The position numbers and the translations under genes are program-made. Under the pieces are notes generated by a model that searched no databases, was not told where the DNA came from, and saw only the letters and a list, made by a program, of their open reading frames with translations. Shown piece after piece: positions 27,674 through 38,508 of a DNA stretch of 64,000 nucleotides (position 1 is the stretch's first letter; each line of letters opens with the position of its first letter). The stretch comes from Dehalococcoidia bacterium (GTDB lineage: Bacteria; Chloroflexota; Dehalococcoidia; UBA2979): assembly GCA_965262725.1 (NCBI GenBank), contig OZ253555.1, forward strand, positions 3,296,001-3,360,000. The letters are read 5' to 3'.

Positions 27674-28669
27674 TCAGCCGAGCCCGGCGAGCTCCCGCAG
27701 CGTGCCCCCGAGGATGCGCTCGCGATCCCCGGGCGAGAGACCGGGCGCGCGATTCAGCCACTCGACCGGGGATTCGTAGCCCATGTCGAAGGGGAAGTCG
27801 CTGCCGAGCACGACGTGATCGGCGCCCATCGTCTCCACCACGTACCGGAGGGCGGCGTAGTCGTGCGTGATCGTGTCGACGTAGAGGAGCCGGAGGTAGT
27901 CGCGCGGCGGGCGCGCGATGCGGGCCCGCGGCTCGCGGCGGACGCCGAACCCGTGATCCCAGCGCCCGATGGCGAAGCAGGCGTAGCCGCCCGCGTGTGC
28001 GAAGACGAGCTTGAGCGAGGGGAGCCTGTCGAGCACGCCGCCGAAGATGAGACTCGCGATCGCGATCGTCGAGTCGAGCGGAAAGCCAACGAAGTTCTCC
28101 AGGTAGTAGGTCCGGCCCCGCCCCGACGCCTGCGTGGCCGGCGCGTGCGGGTGGAAGAAGAGCAGCGCCCCCAGCCGCTCGGCCGCCTGGAAGAAGGGGA
28201 AGAGCGCCGGGTCGTCGAAGTCGCGCCCGTCGGCGTGTGTGCCAAGAGCAGCGCCCTGAAAGCCGAGCGCCATCGCGCGCTCGAGCTCGGCGACGGCGCG
28301 GGCGGGCTCCTGAAGCGGCACCGTGGCGAGGCCGCCGATGCGCGTCGGCGCCTCCCTCATCGCCTGTGCGATCTCGTCGTTGAGCTCGCGAGCGGCGCCC
28401 TCCGCCTCCCCCGCCGGGAGGTGGTAGTTGAAGAAGTACGGGGGCGAGGAGAGCAGCTGCATGTCAATGCCCTGCCGGTCCATGACGGCGAGGCGCTCCT
28501 CCAGCGATGCACGCCACAAGGGCTCCTGCGGTCCGGCCAGCCGGTCGCGCGTGACGATATAGCGCTCCCCGTCGCGCTCGCGCTGCGAGGCGCGATACCA
28601 CTCGCCACCCCCCTCGGTCGCGCGCCAGAAGGCCTGCGGGATGAGGTGGGCGTGGACATCGACGTTCAT
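27674..28669 (-). CDS. Amidohydrolase-family decarboxylase/hydratase (ACMSD-like)
   Basis: VDVHAH, ATVPLQ, FFHPH, AHAGG, LGSDFPFDMG. Confidence 0.88.
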   Translation of the reverse strand: MNVDVHAHLIPQAFWRATEGGGEWYRASQRERDGERYIVTRDRLAGPQEPLWRASLEERLAVMDRQGIDMQLLSSPPYFFNYHLPAGEAEGAARELNDEIAQAMREAPTRIGGLATVPLQEPARAVAELERAMALGFQGAALGTHADGRDFDDPALFPFFQAAERLGALLFFHPHAPATQASGRGRTYYLENFVGFPLDSTIAIASLIFGGVLDRLPSLKLVFAHAGGYACFAIGRWDHGFGVRREPRARIARPPRDYLRLLYVDTITHDYAALRYVVETMGADHVVLGSDFPFDMGYESPVEWLNRAPGLSPGDRERILGGTLRELAGLG

Positions 28670-28783
28670 GGGTGCTCCGCTCGCGGGCGCGGGGTCGACG
28701 GCTGAGAGCCTAATCGATCGCCGGCGTGGGGCCGAGCACCGCCCGGGAGGGTTTCCGGCGGGGGCTGGAGGGTGGGGCGGGCG

Positions 28784-29827
28784 CTAGCCCCGCTCGGGGA
28801 CCTGCGAAGGCTCGGCGTCTTCCGCGGCCTCGTCGCTCCGGGAGGCGAGGAGGTCGCGCGGACCGACGTGGAGCGTCCACATCGCGGCGACGCCGGTGAT
28901 GCTGATCCACACGATGAGCAGGAGGTGCGATCCGACCGCGTAGGCGCCGGCCTCCGACAGCCCAAAACCCATGAACGCGAGCGCCTCGGTGACCGCCACC
29001 TCGTAGGGACCGATGTCCCACGGCGTCAAGGGCAGCGAGACGATGACGTTCGCAGCGATGGTGACGAGCACCGCCTCCGAGAACCCCATCTCCAGCGCGA
29101 AGGCCCGGCCCATCATCCAGTAGACGGCGACCTCGGCCGTCCACGCGACGACGGAGAGGGCGATCGCGATCCCCATCCCCCGGCCTCCGCGCAGCACGCG
29201 CATCCCGTTCATGAACGAGGGGACGATCGCGGCGACGCGGTCGCGCAGGGCGGGCGGAAGCCACCCCACCAGGCGCCAGCGGTCGACGGCGACCCCGACC
29301 TCGAGACGCGCGATAAGCAGCGAGGCGGCGAAGGCGCCGAGCACGATCGCGCCGATGAGAGCCGCCGTCGGCGTCCGGAGCGCACCGGGGTCGAGGAGCA
29401 GGAGCGCCGGAAGCAGCAGCGCGACGAAGGCGACGCCGTCGAGCACCGACTCTACGAGAAAGACGCTGCTGGTCAGCTCGGCGCGCGGGATGCCGAACCG
29501 GCGGCGCGTCAGTTCGACGCGCAGCACGTCGCCGGCACGCAGCGGCACCACGGCGTTGGCGAGATTCGAGACGAGGAAGACGGGGAAGAGGTCGCGGCCC
29601 CGCAGCCCGCTCCGGTGGCGGAGCAGCACGCGCCAGCGGTAGGAGTGGATCGCCTTCGACAGCGTGAAGGCGACGAGTCCCGCAACTGCCCAGCCGAGGC
29701 GAACCTCGGTCAGCTGCTCCACCGCCCGGGGGAGATCCACACGGAGCGCCAGAAACGTGAAGGAGCCCGTCGCGAGCGCCGCCTGCAAGAGCACCCACCG
29801 GCGGCGACGGCGCAGATACCCGCCCAT
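28784..29827 (-). CDS. Lysylphosphatidylglycerol-synthase TM domain / flippase-like membrane protein
   Basis: YRWRVLL, NAVVPLRAGDVLR, PLTPWDIGPYE; multiple hydrophobic helices. Confidence 0.8.
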   Translation of the reverse strand: MGGYLRRRRRWVLLQAALATGSFTFLALRVDLPRAVEQLTEVRLGWAVAGLVAFTLSKAIHSYRWRVLLRHRSGLRGRDLFPVFLVSNLANAVVPLRAGDVLRVELTRRRFGIPRAELTSSVFLVESVLDGVAFVALLLPALLLLDPGALRTPTAALIGAIVLGAFAASLLIARLEVGVAVDRWRLVGWLPPALRDRVAAIVPSFMNGMRVLRGGRGMGIAIALSVVAWTAEVAVYWMMGRAFALEMGFSEAVLVTIAANVIVSLPLTPWDIGPYEVAVTEALAFMGFGLSEAGAYAVGSHLLLIVWISITGVAAMWTLHVGPRDLLASRSDEAAEDAEPSQVPERG

Positions 29828-30013
29828 CGAGTCTCCCCGCTGCGCCGAACGGCCCGCGGCTCAGCGGGCATCCCGAGCCGAGAGTGTACGGCGTGGGGGG
29901 CAGGAGGCCACGCACGGACCGCGCCGGGCCGGCGTGCGTCCCGCCGGGTGTCCGATGGCGGTACGCTGGAGGGAGGAGCGCGCGAGAGCGCGCCGCGTGG
30001 TTGGAGGTGAGCC

Positions 30014-30859
30014 GTGGCCGTGGTCGAGGTAGGCGAGGCGAGCTTTCAGGACGAGGTCCTTGAGTTCTCGCACCAGCAGCCGGTCGTGGTCGACTTCTGG
30101 GCTGCCTGGTGCGAGCCGTGCCGCATCCTGGGTCCCACGCTCGAGACGGTGACCGAGGAGTACGGCGGCGCCGTCCGTCTCGCCAAGGTCGACGTGGACG
30201 CCCACCCCACCCTCGCCTCGCGCTACGGGATCAGCGGGATTCCGGCCGTGAAGGCGTTTCGGGACGGCGAGCTGGTGAACGAATTCGTCGGCGCGCTCCC
30301 GGAAGCGCAGGTGCGCGCCTTCTTCGCCTCGCTCGTGCCGACCGCCGCCGACCGCGCCGCGGAGGCGGCAGCCGCCGCCCACTCGGCGGGGAGGCTACTC
30401 GAGGCGCGCCGACTCTTCGACGAGGCGCTCGCCGCCGCGCCCCGGCACGAGGAGGCCGCGCTCGGTCTCGCGGAGCTCCTCGTCGAATCGGGAGCGCCGG
30501 CCGAGCTCGAGCGCGCGCGCCAGCTCGTCGCCCCGTTCGGCGCCTCGACGCGGTCGCGCCGCGTCGAGGCGCTCGCGCGCTTTCGCGCGCTGGGCGCAAC
30601 GCTCGAGGAAGGCGACCTGCTCGCTCGCATCGCCGCGGACGAAGCCGACGCGGCGGCGCACTATGGCCTCGGCACGCTCCTCGCCGCGCGCGGCCAGTGG
30701 GAGGCAGCGCTCGAGGAGCTGCTCACCACGGTCCGCCTCGACCGCGCCCTCGACGACGACGGCGGCCGGCGCGCGATGCTCGATATCTTCAACGTCCTCG
30801 GCAATCGCCACGCCCTGACCGAAGAGTACCGCCAGAGTCTCGCCTCGCTCATCTTCTAG
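30014..30859 (+). CDS. Thioredoxin-TPR chaperedoxin (YbbN/CnoX-like)
   Basis: VVVDFWAAWCEPC, GALPEAQVR, C-terminal YRQSLASLIF. Confidence 0.88.
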   Translation: MAVVEVGEASFQDEVLEFSHQQPVVVDFWAAWCEPCRILGPTLETVTEEYGGAVRLAKVDVDAHPTLASRYGISGIPAVKAFRDGELVNEFVGALPEAQVRAFFASLVPTAADRAAEAAAAAHSAGRLLEARRLFDEALAAAPRHEEAALGLAELLVESGAPAELERARQLVAPFGASTRSRRVEALARFRALGATLEEGDLLARIAADEADAAAHYGLGTLLAARGQWEAALEELLTTVRLDRALDDDGGRRAMLDIFNVLGNRHALTEEYRQSLASLIF

Positions 30860-30934
30860 GCGGCAGGCGGGCCGGCGACGCACCGACGGGGCGTCGTCCC
30901 GACGAGGCGCGACGGGGGGAGAGGGGAGCGGGAG

Positions 30935-32023
30935 ATGGACGAGGGCTTTCCGAGCTTCCGGGCGGCGGCCGTGCAGGCCGCGCCGGTCTTCCTCGACCGC
31001 GACGCGACGCTCGACAAGACGCTGGCGCTCGCCGCGGAGGCGGCGCGGGGAGGCGCCGAGATCGTCGTCTTCCCGGAGGTCTACATTCCCGGATACCCGT
31101 ACTGGAACCGTCTGGAGAACGTCTTCCGCACCACGGGCTACTACGAGGAACTGCTCCGGAACGCGGTGCGTGTCCCCGGCCCGGAGACCGAGCGGCTCTC
31201 AGACGCCGCGCGCCGCGCCGGGATCTACCTTCTGGTCGGGATCAATGAGCGCGTGCCGGTGACCGTCGGCACGCTCTACAACACCAACCTCCTCTTCGGT
31301 CCCGCCGGCGAGCTCTTGCTGCGCCACCGCAAGCTGATGCCCACCTACGCCGAGAAACTGACGTGGGGCTTCGGGGACGGGAGCTCCCTGCGCGTCGTGG
31401 AGACGCCACTCGGCGGTCTCGGCACGCTGATCTGCGGTGAGAACGCGAACCCGCTCTATCGCTACGCCCTGCTCGCGCAGGGGGAGCAGGTGCACCTGAC
31501 CAACTACCCGGCGCTCCCCGGGGGCGATCCGGGCGGCTACGACATCGGCGAGGAGATCCGCCTCCGCTCCGCGAACCACTCCTTCGAGGGGAAGGTCTTC
31601 ACCGTCACCGCCTCCGCCGTGATCGACGAGAGCGTCATCGCGCGTGTCGCCGACACCGACGAGAAGCGTGCCGCGATGGGCGGACCGCAGGCGGCGTTCA
31701 GCGGGATCTTCGCGCCCGGCGGGAGGCTCATCACGGAGCCTCTGCCGCCCGGCGAGGAGGGCATCCTCTACGCCGACTGCGACCTCAGGGAGCAGGTGGG
31801 CCCGAAGCTGCGCCACGACGTCATCGGTCAGTACCACCGCCCGGACGTGGTCGCGCTGCTGCTCAACCGCGCACCGCGCTCGCCGCTGATCGAGGTGGGG
31901 GGGCAGGCGGATAAGGAGGAGTCCACAGGAGCGGACGACGCCGCCGTGGCGTCGCGCAACGGACGCGGCACCGGCGCCTTCGGGCCGGCCGCCCTCGCAC
32001 GAACGGAGGATGAGGCGCGATGA
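30935..32023 (+). CDS. Nitrilase (carbon-nitrogen hydrolase)
   Basis: E-K-C triad: VFPEVYIPGYP, HRKLMPTYAEK, LICGEN. Confidence 0.9.
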   Translation: MDEGFPSFRAAAVQAAPVFLDRDATLDKTLALAAEAARGGAEIVVFPEVYIPGYPYWNRLENVFRTTGYYEELLRNAVRVPGPETERLSDAARRAGIYLLVGINERVPVTVGTLYNTNLLFGPAGELLLRHRKLMPTYAEKLTWGFGDGSSLRVVETPLGGLGTLICGENANPLYRYALLAQGEQVHLTNYPALPGGDPGGYDIGEEIRLRSANHSFEGKVFTVTASAVIDESVIARVADTDEKRAAMGGPQAAFSGIFAPGGRLITEPLPPGEEGILYADCDLREQVGPKLRHDVIGQYHRPDVVALLLNRAPRSPLIEVGGQADKEESTGADDAAVASRNGRGTGAFGPAALARTEDEAR

Positions 32024-32844
32024 CCGTCGCACCGGGACGACCGCTCGCCGGACGCGTCGCCATCGTCACCGGCTCCTCGCGCGGCATCGGCAAGGACATC
32101 GCCCACGTCCTCGCGGCCGCCGGCGCCTCGGTCGTGGTCGGCGCGCGCTCGGAGGAGACGCGCCCCGACCCCAGGCTCCCCGGCACGATCCACGAGGTTG
32201 CGGGCGCCATCGAGGCGGCCGGCGGCCGGGCGCTCGCGCTGCGCCTCGAGATGCGCGACCCCGAGAGCATCGACGCCTGCGTCGAGGCCACCGCCGAGCA
32301 CTTCGGCCGCATCGACATCGTGGTGAACAACGCCGCCGCCTTCGTCGGGAACCTGCTCGAGCGCATCGAGCCCAGGCACATGGACGTGATGACGCAGGTC
32401 AACGTGCGCGGACCGCTCGCGATGGTCCGAGCCGCCCTCCCGCACCTCCGCGCCGCCGCCACGAGCGAGGGCGCCGCGCACGTGATCAACATCTCCTCGC
32501 GCGCCGCGCGCTTCCCCGGTCCGGGCCCCTACGCCGGCGCAGCCGGCGCGCGGGCGGCGGCCGCCCCCCTCTACGGGACCACGAAGGCCGCCCTGGAGAG
32601 GCTCACGCAGGAGCTCGCCATCGAGCTCGAGCCCGACCGCATCGCGGTGAACGCGCTCTCCCCGCAGGGCGGGATCAACACGCCGGGCGTGCTCTTCGGC
32701 CAGAGCGATCCGGCTGACCCGCGCCTCGACTTCGAGACCGCCGACCAGATGGCGAAGGCAACGCTCTGGATCGCGCTTCAGCCCCCCTCCTTTACCGGCC
32801 ACATCGTCTACGACGAGGAGCTCTGCGCCGAGCAGGGACTCTGA
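32020..32844 (+). CDS. Short-chain dehydrogenase/reductase
   Basis: TGSSRGIG, VNNA, NISS, YGTTK. Confidence 0.9.
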   Translation: MTVAPGRPLAGRVAIVTGSSRGIGKDIAHVLAAAGASVVVGARSEETRPDPRLPGTIHEVAGAIEAAGGRALALRLEMRDPESIDACVEATAEHFGRIDIVVNNAAAFVGNLLERIEPRHMDVMTQVNVRGPLAMVRAALPHLRAAATSEGAAHVINISSRAARFPGPGPYAGAAGARAAAAPLYGTTKAALERLTQELAIELEPDRIAVNALSPQGGINTPGVLFGQSDPADPRLDFETADQMAKATLWIALQPPSFTGHIVYDEELCAEQGL

Positions 32845-32880
32845 CCGGGAAGGCGCGCCGCGGAGGGGGCGTCCCTGCCC

Positions 32881-34179
32881 CTAGCCGGCCGCCGGCGCCC
32901 CCGGCGGACTGAGGCGCCGGAGCTCGGGCGCGAAGATGAAGACGGCGGCGGCGAAGAGCGAGACCGCGAGCGCTCCGAGCGCGATCGCGGTCGGAGTGCC
33001 GAGCAGCGTCGCGGCGCTCCCCGAGACGAAACCCCCGACCATGATCAGAAACCAGGTCACGCTCCACACCCCCATCACGCGCCCGCGCAGCTCGTCGGGA
33101 ACAAGCAGCTGTATCACCGTCATCGCGAGGTTGAGGTAGACGGACTGCATGAGGCCGGCTGCGAAGAGCAGCGCCATCCCGGGCAGGAGGGAGTGGGTCG
33201 CCGAAAAGGCCGCCACCAGCAGGCCGAACGAGAACGCGCCCGCGATGATCGCGCGCCCCGTGTGGCGGCCGGCGCCGAGGCGCACCACGACCACTGTCCC
33301 GGCGAGCGCGCCGAGACCGGCGGCGGCCTCGAGCGCCCCGAATCCGCGCGCGCCCACGCCGAGCACGTCCTCGGCGAAGATGGGCAGCAGGATCATGTAG
33401 CTCGTCCCGAACACGGAGGTGAAGAACGAGAGACCGGTCACCGCGAGGAAGACGCGGTGCCGGGCGATGTAGCGGGCCCCCTCCCACATCCCGCCGCGCA
33501 GCAGCGAGGGGCCCCCGGGACGCGGCCGCAGCGAGAGCGTGGCGATGGTGAGGGAGGCGAGCGCGTAGCCGAGGGCGGCCGCAAGCAGCGAGGGTCCCGA
33601 GCCGACGAGGGCGACGGAGACGCCCGCCACCGCCGGCCCCACCACGCGCGTGGTCTGCCAGATCGCGCTGGAGTAGGCGACGGCGCTCGCCATCGCGCGG
33701 CGGTCGACGAGGCGCGGGAGCAGCACGTTCTGCGCCGTCGTCGACCCCGAGGCGAGCGCGCCGACCGTCATCGCCCAGACGATCACCATCCACAGCTCGA
33801 CGAGCCCGGCGATCGTCAGGAGCGCGATCGCGAGGTGGCTCAGGCCGATCACCGCGTAGGTCACGGCGAGGATGAGCCGGCTCTCCATGCGATCGGCGAG
33901 CGCGCCCGCCGGCACGGAGAGCAGCACCGTCGGCACGGCCTGCGCCAGCGCGACCACTCCGAGCCAGAACGGCGAGTCCGTGAGCTCGAAGACGAGCCAG
34001 AGGCCGGCGATGAAGCGGAACCGCTCGCCGAAGACGGCCGCGAAGGTCCCCACCCAGTAGCGGCGATAGGCCCGGTAGGAGAACGCGGATGCGGATGCCT
34101 CGCCTCCGGCGGGGGGCTCCGGCTCAACCGGGATCGAGGCGTCGATCGGCTGCGCGCCTGCGGAGGGAGCTCGGGTCAT
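32881..34179 (-). CDS. MFS transporter
   Basis: GALADRM, PDELRGRVM; about 12 hydrophobic segments. Start uncertain. Confidence 0.88.
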   Translation of the reverse strand: MTRAPSAGAQPIDASIPVEPEPPAGGEASASAFSYRAYRRYWVGTFAAVFGERFRFIAGLWLVFELTDSPFWLGVVALAQAVPTVLLSVPAGALADRMESRLILAVTYAVIGLSHLAIALLTIAGLVELWMVIVWAMTVGALASGSTTAQNVLLPRLVDRRAMASAVAYSSAIWQTTRVVGPAVAGVSVALVGSGPSLLAAALGYALASLTIATLSLRPRPGGPSLLRGGMWEGARYIARHRVFLAVTGLSFFTSVFGTSYMILLPIFAEDVLGVGARGFGALEAAAGLGALAGTVVVVRLGAGRHTGRAIIAGAFSFGLLVAAFSATHSLLPGMALLFAAGLMQSVYLNLAMTVIQLLVPDELRGRVMGVWSVTWFLIMVGGFVSGSAATLLGTPTAIALGALAVSLFAAAVFIFAPELRRLSPPGAPAAG

Positions 34180-34311
34180 CGGCTTCGGACCTCCGCGGGG
34201 CGGCCGGCGGGCGGGGTCGCTGCGCGCTCGGCCATCGTACGCTAGCGTCATCGGCGCGCGGACCCCGCGAGCGCCGGGGCGGGCCGAGAGCCGCTCGGAG
34301 GGCATGCGGGT

Positions 34312-35637
34312 ATGGCGCTACCAGGTGGTCGCGACGAGGGCCCCCACCCCGGGAACCCCGGTTCGGCCAGCTCCGCGTCCCACTCGATGGGCGACGTCCT
34401 CGCCAACGCCATGTTCCGGCGGCTCTGGTTGGCGGGCGCACTGACGTCGGCAATGCGCTGGCTCGATCTGCTGGTGCTCGGGGTCTTCGTCTACGACCTG
34501 ACCGGGTCGCCGGCCCACGTCGCGATCTTCTTCTTCGTGCGCATGATCCCGCGCGTCCTGTTCGGGGTCGTGATCGGGACGATCGCGGATCGCATCTCCA
34601 GGCAGGTGATGCTCGTCGTCGGCTTCCTCGCGCTCGCGGCAGTCTCCGTGGGACTCGGCGTGCTCATCCTCACCGGGCGCGTCGAGTACTGGCACCTCCT
34701 GATCGGCGCCTTCGTCGCGGGGATCTTCTGGTCGAGCGAGTTCCCGGTCAGGCGCGCCATGATCGGGGACGTCGTGGCACCCGGCCTGGTCGGGCGCGCC
34801 ATGGCCCTCGATATCGGCACCAGCGCCTTCACGCGGATGTTCGGCCCCGTCCTCGGCGGCGTGCTGCTGGAGGGGATCGGGGCGGAGGCGGCCTTCTTCC
34901 TGGAGGCGGTGGCATTCGTCGGGGCGGCCGCGGTGATCGCCTCGCTGCGGTATACGCGGCCCGCCGCCGACAGGCCGCGCTCCACGGCTCTTCGCGACGT
35001 CGCCGACGCCGCGCGCTACGTCCGCGCCAGCCAGCTCCTGATGGGGGTCTTCGCGGTGAGCTTCGTCATGAACCTGCTCGCGTTCCCGTTCATGACCATG
35101 GTGCCGGTGATCGGGCGCGAGACGCTCGAGATCGACGCCGTGCGCATCGGCATGCTCACCTCCGCGGAGGGGCTGGGCGCGGTGATGGGGTCGGCACTCA
35201 TCGCCGCGCGCGCGCCCGAGAGCTCCTACTCGCGCATCTACTACTTCGGCTCGATGCTCTTCCTCGCATGCGTGCTGCTCTTCTCCCGCTCGGAGGTCTA
35301 CGCGGTGTCTCTGGGCCTGCTCTGGCTCGCCGGCTTCGGGATGACAAGCTTCGCGACGATGCAGACGACGCTCGTGGTCACCTCGGCGGCGCCGGAGATG
35401 CGGGGGCGGGCGCTCGGGGCGCTCTCGCTCTCCATCGGGTCGGGTCCGCTGGGCGCCCTCAACATCGGCACGATGGCGAGCCTGCTCGGCGCGCCGCTCG
35501 CGACGACGATCTCCTCGGCGGAGGGGCTGGCGGCGCTCGCGCTCGTCGGCCTCGCGTGGCCGGTGCTCAGGGGCGAGTTCCGCGCAGCGCCGGAGCGGGC
35601 GCGCGCCGCCCGCGGGGAGGCGCCGGGCCGGCGCTAG
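34312..35637 (+). CDS. MFS transporter
   Basis: GTIADRISR, PEMRGRAL; about 12 hydrophobic segments. Divergent from the neighbouring MFS gene. Confidence 0.88.
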   Translation: MALPGGRDEGPHPGNPGSASSASHSMGDVLANAMFRRLWLAGALTSAMRWLDLLVLGVFVYDLTGSPAHVAIFFFVRMIPRVLFGVVIGTIADRISRQVMLVVGFLALAAVSVGLGVLILTGRVEYWHLLIGAFVAGIFWSSEFPVRRAMIGDVVAPGLVGRAMALDIGTSAFTRMFGPVLGGVLLEGIGAEAAFFLEAVAFVGAAAVIASLRYTRPAADRPRSTALRDVADAARYVRASQLLMGVFAVSFVMNLLAFPFMTMVPVIGRETLEIDAVRIGMLTSAEGLGAVMGSALIAARAPESSYSRIYYFGSMLFLACVLLFSRSEVYAVSLGLLWLAGFGMTSFATMQTTLVVTSAAPEMRGRALGALSLSIGSGPLGALNIGTMASLLGAPLATTISSAEGLAALALVGLAWPVLRGEFRAAPERARAARGEAPGRR

Positions 35638-36656
35638 GACGAGAGCGGGCCGAGCGCCTCGATCGCGAGCTCCAGGTTCTCGAGGACGCGCGCTCGGTCC
35701 ATCGTGTTGCTCGCCGAGTAGAAGCAGAGGGTGTCAATGACGCCCTCGTATCTGAGGGCCTGTTCCGCGACGTCCTCCGGCGTGCCGTAGAGACCGTGCT
35801 CGGCCGCCACTTCGTCCGGGATCGCGGCGGCGAGGGCGTCGGGATCGTCGGGATGGTTCACGAAGGCGTCGCGGATGCGCTCCCTGACGTCCCCGTAGCC
35901 CTGCGAGTCCAGCACCACGCTGTAGCTGCGCGTCGCCATGAAGCGGGCGACGTGGACCTTGAGCTCGCGCAGCGCCTGCGCGCGATCGCGCGAGACCGCG
36001 AAGGTAAGCCAGCTCTGGTGATCGAAGTCATCACGCGTGCGCCCCGAGCGCCTGAGCCCCTCGTCGACGTGCGGCCAGACGTGCTCTTCGATGAAGCGCA
36101 CGGAGGCGATCGGGTGGCCGCAGAGGCCGTCGCAGAGATCGCCGGCCAGCCTGAGCATCCCCTCGTTCACCGCGGCGAGATAGATGGGTGCGGAGGCGTC
36201 CTCCACGCCGCCGCTCCCCCAGCCCCGGAGCGCCTGCCCCTCCACCCGCACGTACTTGCCGTTGAAGCTGAGGTGTTCGTCAGAGGGGACGCTCCAGGCG
36301 TAGCGCAGGAAGCGGATCAGCTCGCGGATGTGGCTCGCCGGGTTCGGGAAGTCGCGGCCGAGCGAGTTGATGTTCATGTACTTGGTGCCGCCGCCCAGCC
36401 CGAGGATGAAGCGGCGGTCGTAGAGCCGCTGCAGGTCCGCCGCGTGCTGTGCGAGGTTGCGCGCGTCGAACTGGAAGGCGCGGATCACGCCGCTGCCGAT
36501 CCGCGCGCTGCTCGTGCGCTCGAGCATCGAGGCGAAGACGGGGATGCTCTCCCCGGAGTTCCAGATGACGTCGAAACCGGCCTCCTCGGCACGGCGGGCG
36601 AGCGCCGGCTTCTCCTGGATCGCACTGTCGGCGATCGAGATGGCGCGCCTCGGCAT
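35634..36656 (-). CDS. LLM-class (probably F420-dependent) oxidoreductase
   Basis: AEEAGFD, RFILGLG, PIYLAAVNEGMLRLAGDLCDG. Confidence 0.85.
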   Translation of the reverse strand: MPRRAISIADSAIQEKPALARRAEEAGFDVIWNSGESIPVFASMLERTSSARIGSGVIRAFQFDARNLAQHAADLQRLYDRRFILGLGGGTKYMNINSLGRDFPNPASHIRELIRFLRYAWSVPSDEHLSFNGKYVRVEGQALRGWGSGGVEDASAPIYLAAVNEGMLRLAGDLCDGLCGHPIASVRFIEEHVWPHVDEGLRRSGRTRDDFDHQSWLTFAVSRDRAQALRELKVHVARFMATRSYSVVLDSQGYGDVRERIRDAFVNHPDDPDALAAAIPDEVAAEHGLYGTPEDVAEQALRYEGVIDTLCFYSASNTMDRARVLENLELAIEALGPLSS

Positions 36657-36793
36657 CTGGGATCCCTTCCCGCTTGCGGGCGGCCCGCGCCCGGCGGCTC
36701 GCACGATAGCACGCGTCCCCGGCCCCCTCGCGCCGCCGGGCGCGGTCGTGCGAGGATCCCCCCGCCCCCCGGAGCACGGCGGGCGGGGAGGGG

Positions 36794-37432
36794 ATGCTGA
36801 TGGCGGGCGCTCATCCCTCCGCGGCCGGGGGCGGGCTTCACGACGCCCTCCGCCGGCGGCGCTCCATCCGCGGCCTCACGGGTCCGCCGCTGACGCACGA
36901 GGAAGTCGAGGAGCTGGTCGCGCTCGCGCTCACCGCGCCTGCGCCGCACCACACCCGCCCCTGGCGCTTCGCGCACGTCGACACGGCCCGCCGATCCGGG
37001 CTCGCCCGGGCGATGGGCACGGCCTGGCACGCCGACATGCAGCGGGACGGCGTCGCCCCGGAGCAGCAGGGGCGGGCCCTCGAGCGCTCACGAAGGCAGC
37101 TCGAGGAGGCGCCGACGCTGCTCCTCGGCGCGATCGTGGGCGAGGGGCTGCGGGCGTGGCCGGACGAGCGGCGCCTGCGGGCTGAGTGGACGATGGCCGC
37201 CCACTCGTTCGGGGCAGCCCTCGAGAACCTCCTGCTCGCGGCGAGTAGCTCCGGGGTGGCGGCCTTCTGGATATCGGCGCCGCTCTTCGCCCCCGAGGCG
37301 GTCCGCGAGGCGCTCTCTCTCCCCGAGGACTGGGTGCCGCAGGCCGCCATCGCCCTCGGGCGCCCCAGCGCCGACTATCGCCCCTTCGATCGCCCGGCGC
37401 CCGACCTCGCCGGCTCGCTGCTCTGGAGGTAG
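36794..37432 (+). CDS. Nitroreductase-family protein resembling the FbiB C-terminal domain
   Basis: RRRSIR, APAPHHTRPWRF, WISAPLFAP, AIALG. Confidence 0.78.
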   Translation: MLMAGAHPSAAGGGLHDALRRRRSIRGLTGPPLTHEEVEELVALALTAPAPHHTRPWRFAHVDTARRSGLARAMGTAWHADMQRDGVAPEQQGRALERSRRQLEEAPTLLLGAIVGEGLRAWPDERRLRAEWTMAAHSFGAALENLLLAASSSGVAAFWISAPLFAPEAVREALSLPEDWVPQAAIALGRPSADYRPFDRPAPDLAGSLLWR

Positions 37433-37434
37433 CC

Positions 37435-37890
37435 GTGCGCATCGCCTTCGGGGCCGACGAGAGGACGGCGCTCACCGACCGCCTGGTCGAGGAATTGCGC
37501 GCGCGCCGCCACGAGGTCTCCGTGCTCGGGCCTCCCGCCGGCGACGGCGCGCCCGGGGCGGCGATGGAGTGGGCCGAAGTGGCGCAGGAGGCGGCGCGGG
37601 CGGTGGCGCGCGGCGACGCCGACGAGGCCGTGATCTGCTGCTGGACCGGCACCGGCGTCTCTATAGCCGCGAACAAGGTCCCCGGCGTGCGCGCCGCGCT
37701 CTGCGCCGACGCCGAGACGGCGCGCGGCGCGCGGCGCTGGAACGACGCAAACGCGCTCTGCCTCTCGCTGCGCACCACGACCGAGGCGCTGGCACTGGAG
37801 ATCCTCGCTGCCTGGTTCGCGGGGCACGAGCTCGACCCCGCCGAGCGGCCGAACGTCGCCCGCCTCGAGGATCGCGAGGACGGCACGTAG
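37435..37890 (+). CDS. RpiB/LacA/LacB-family sugar-phosphate isomerase
   Basis: CCWTGTGVSIAANKVPGVRAAL, WNDANALCL. Confidence 0.88.
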   Translation: MRIAFGADERTALTDRLVEELRARRHEVSVLGPPAGDGAPGAAMEWAEVAQEAARAVARGDADEAVICCWTGTGVSIAANKVPGVRAALCADAETARGARRWNDANALCLSLRTTTEALALEILAAWFAGHELDPAERPNVARLEDREDGT

Positions 37891-38025
37891 GCGGAGGGAC
37901 GGTCGGGGCGCCCGGGCCCAGCATCCGCGGACGGCGGCGGTCGCGACGGTGGCGGGCGGCGGCCAGCGCGCGCCATACTCGGCCGCGCGGCGGCTCCAGG
38001 CTCGCCGCGGGAGGGGGAGGCGCGC

Positions 38026-38508
38026 ATGCCGACGCTTGGGGTCAACGGCGAGAAGCGCGCGGCGCCGGATGGGGCGCGGAATTTGCTCTCCTACCTGCGC
38101 TTCGACCTCGGCCTGACCGGCACCAAGTACGCCTGCGGCGAAGGGCTCTGCGGCGCCTGCACGGTGCTGGTGGACGGCCAGGCGCTGCGCTCCTGCCAGA
38201 CGTCCGTCGGCGCGGTTGCCGGCGGCGAGGTGACGACCGTAGAGGGGCTCGCGCCGGGCGCGGAGAACCTCGACGACCTCCACCCCGTCCAACGGGCCTT
38301 CGTCGAGGAGGGGGCGATGCAGTGCGGCTACTGCATCCCCGGCTTCGTGATGAGCACCGTGGGGCTGCTCGCGCGAGAGCCGCACCCTTCCCGCGCGCAG
38401 GTGCAGGAGGCGCTGGAGGAGCACATCTGCCGCTGCGGGACCTACGTGCGCATCCTGCGAGCCGTCGAGCGCGCCGCGGCCGGCGGCGCCCCGGTGGGCG
38501 CGCCATGA
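38026..38508 (+). CDS. [2Fe-2S] subunit of a xanthine-oxidase-family molybdo-hydroxylase (IorA/CoxS-like)
   Basis: GTKYACGEGLCGACTV, QCGYC, ICRCG. Confidence 0.93.
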   Translation: MPTLGVNGEKRAAPDGARNLLSYLRFDLGLTGTKYACGEGLCGACTVLVDGQALRSCQTSVGAVAGGEVTTVEGLAPGAENLDDLHPVQRAFVEEGAMQCGYCIPGFVMSTVGLLAREPHPSRAQVQEALEEHICRCGTYVRILRAVERAAAGGAPVGAP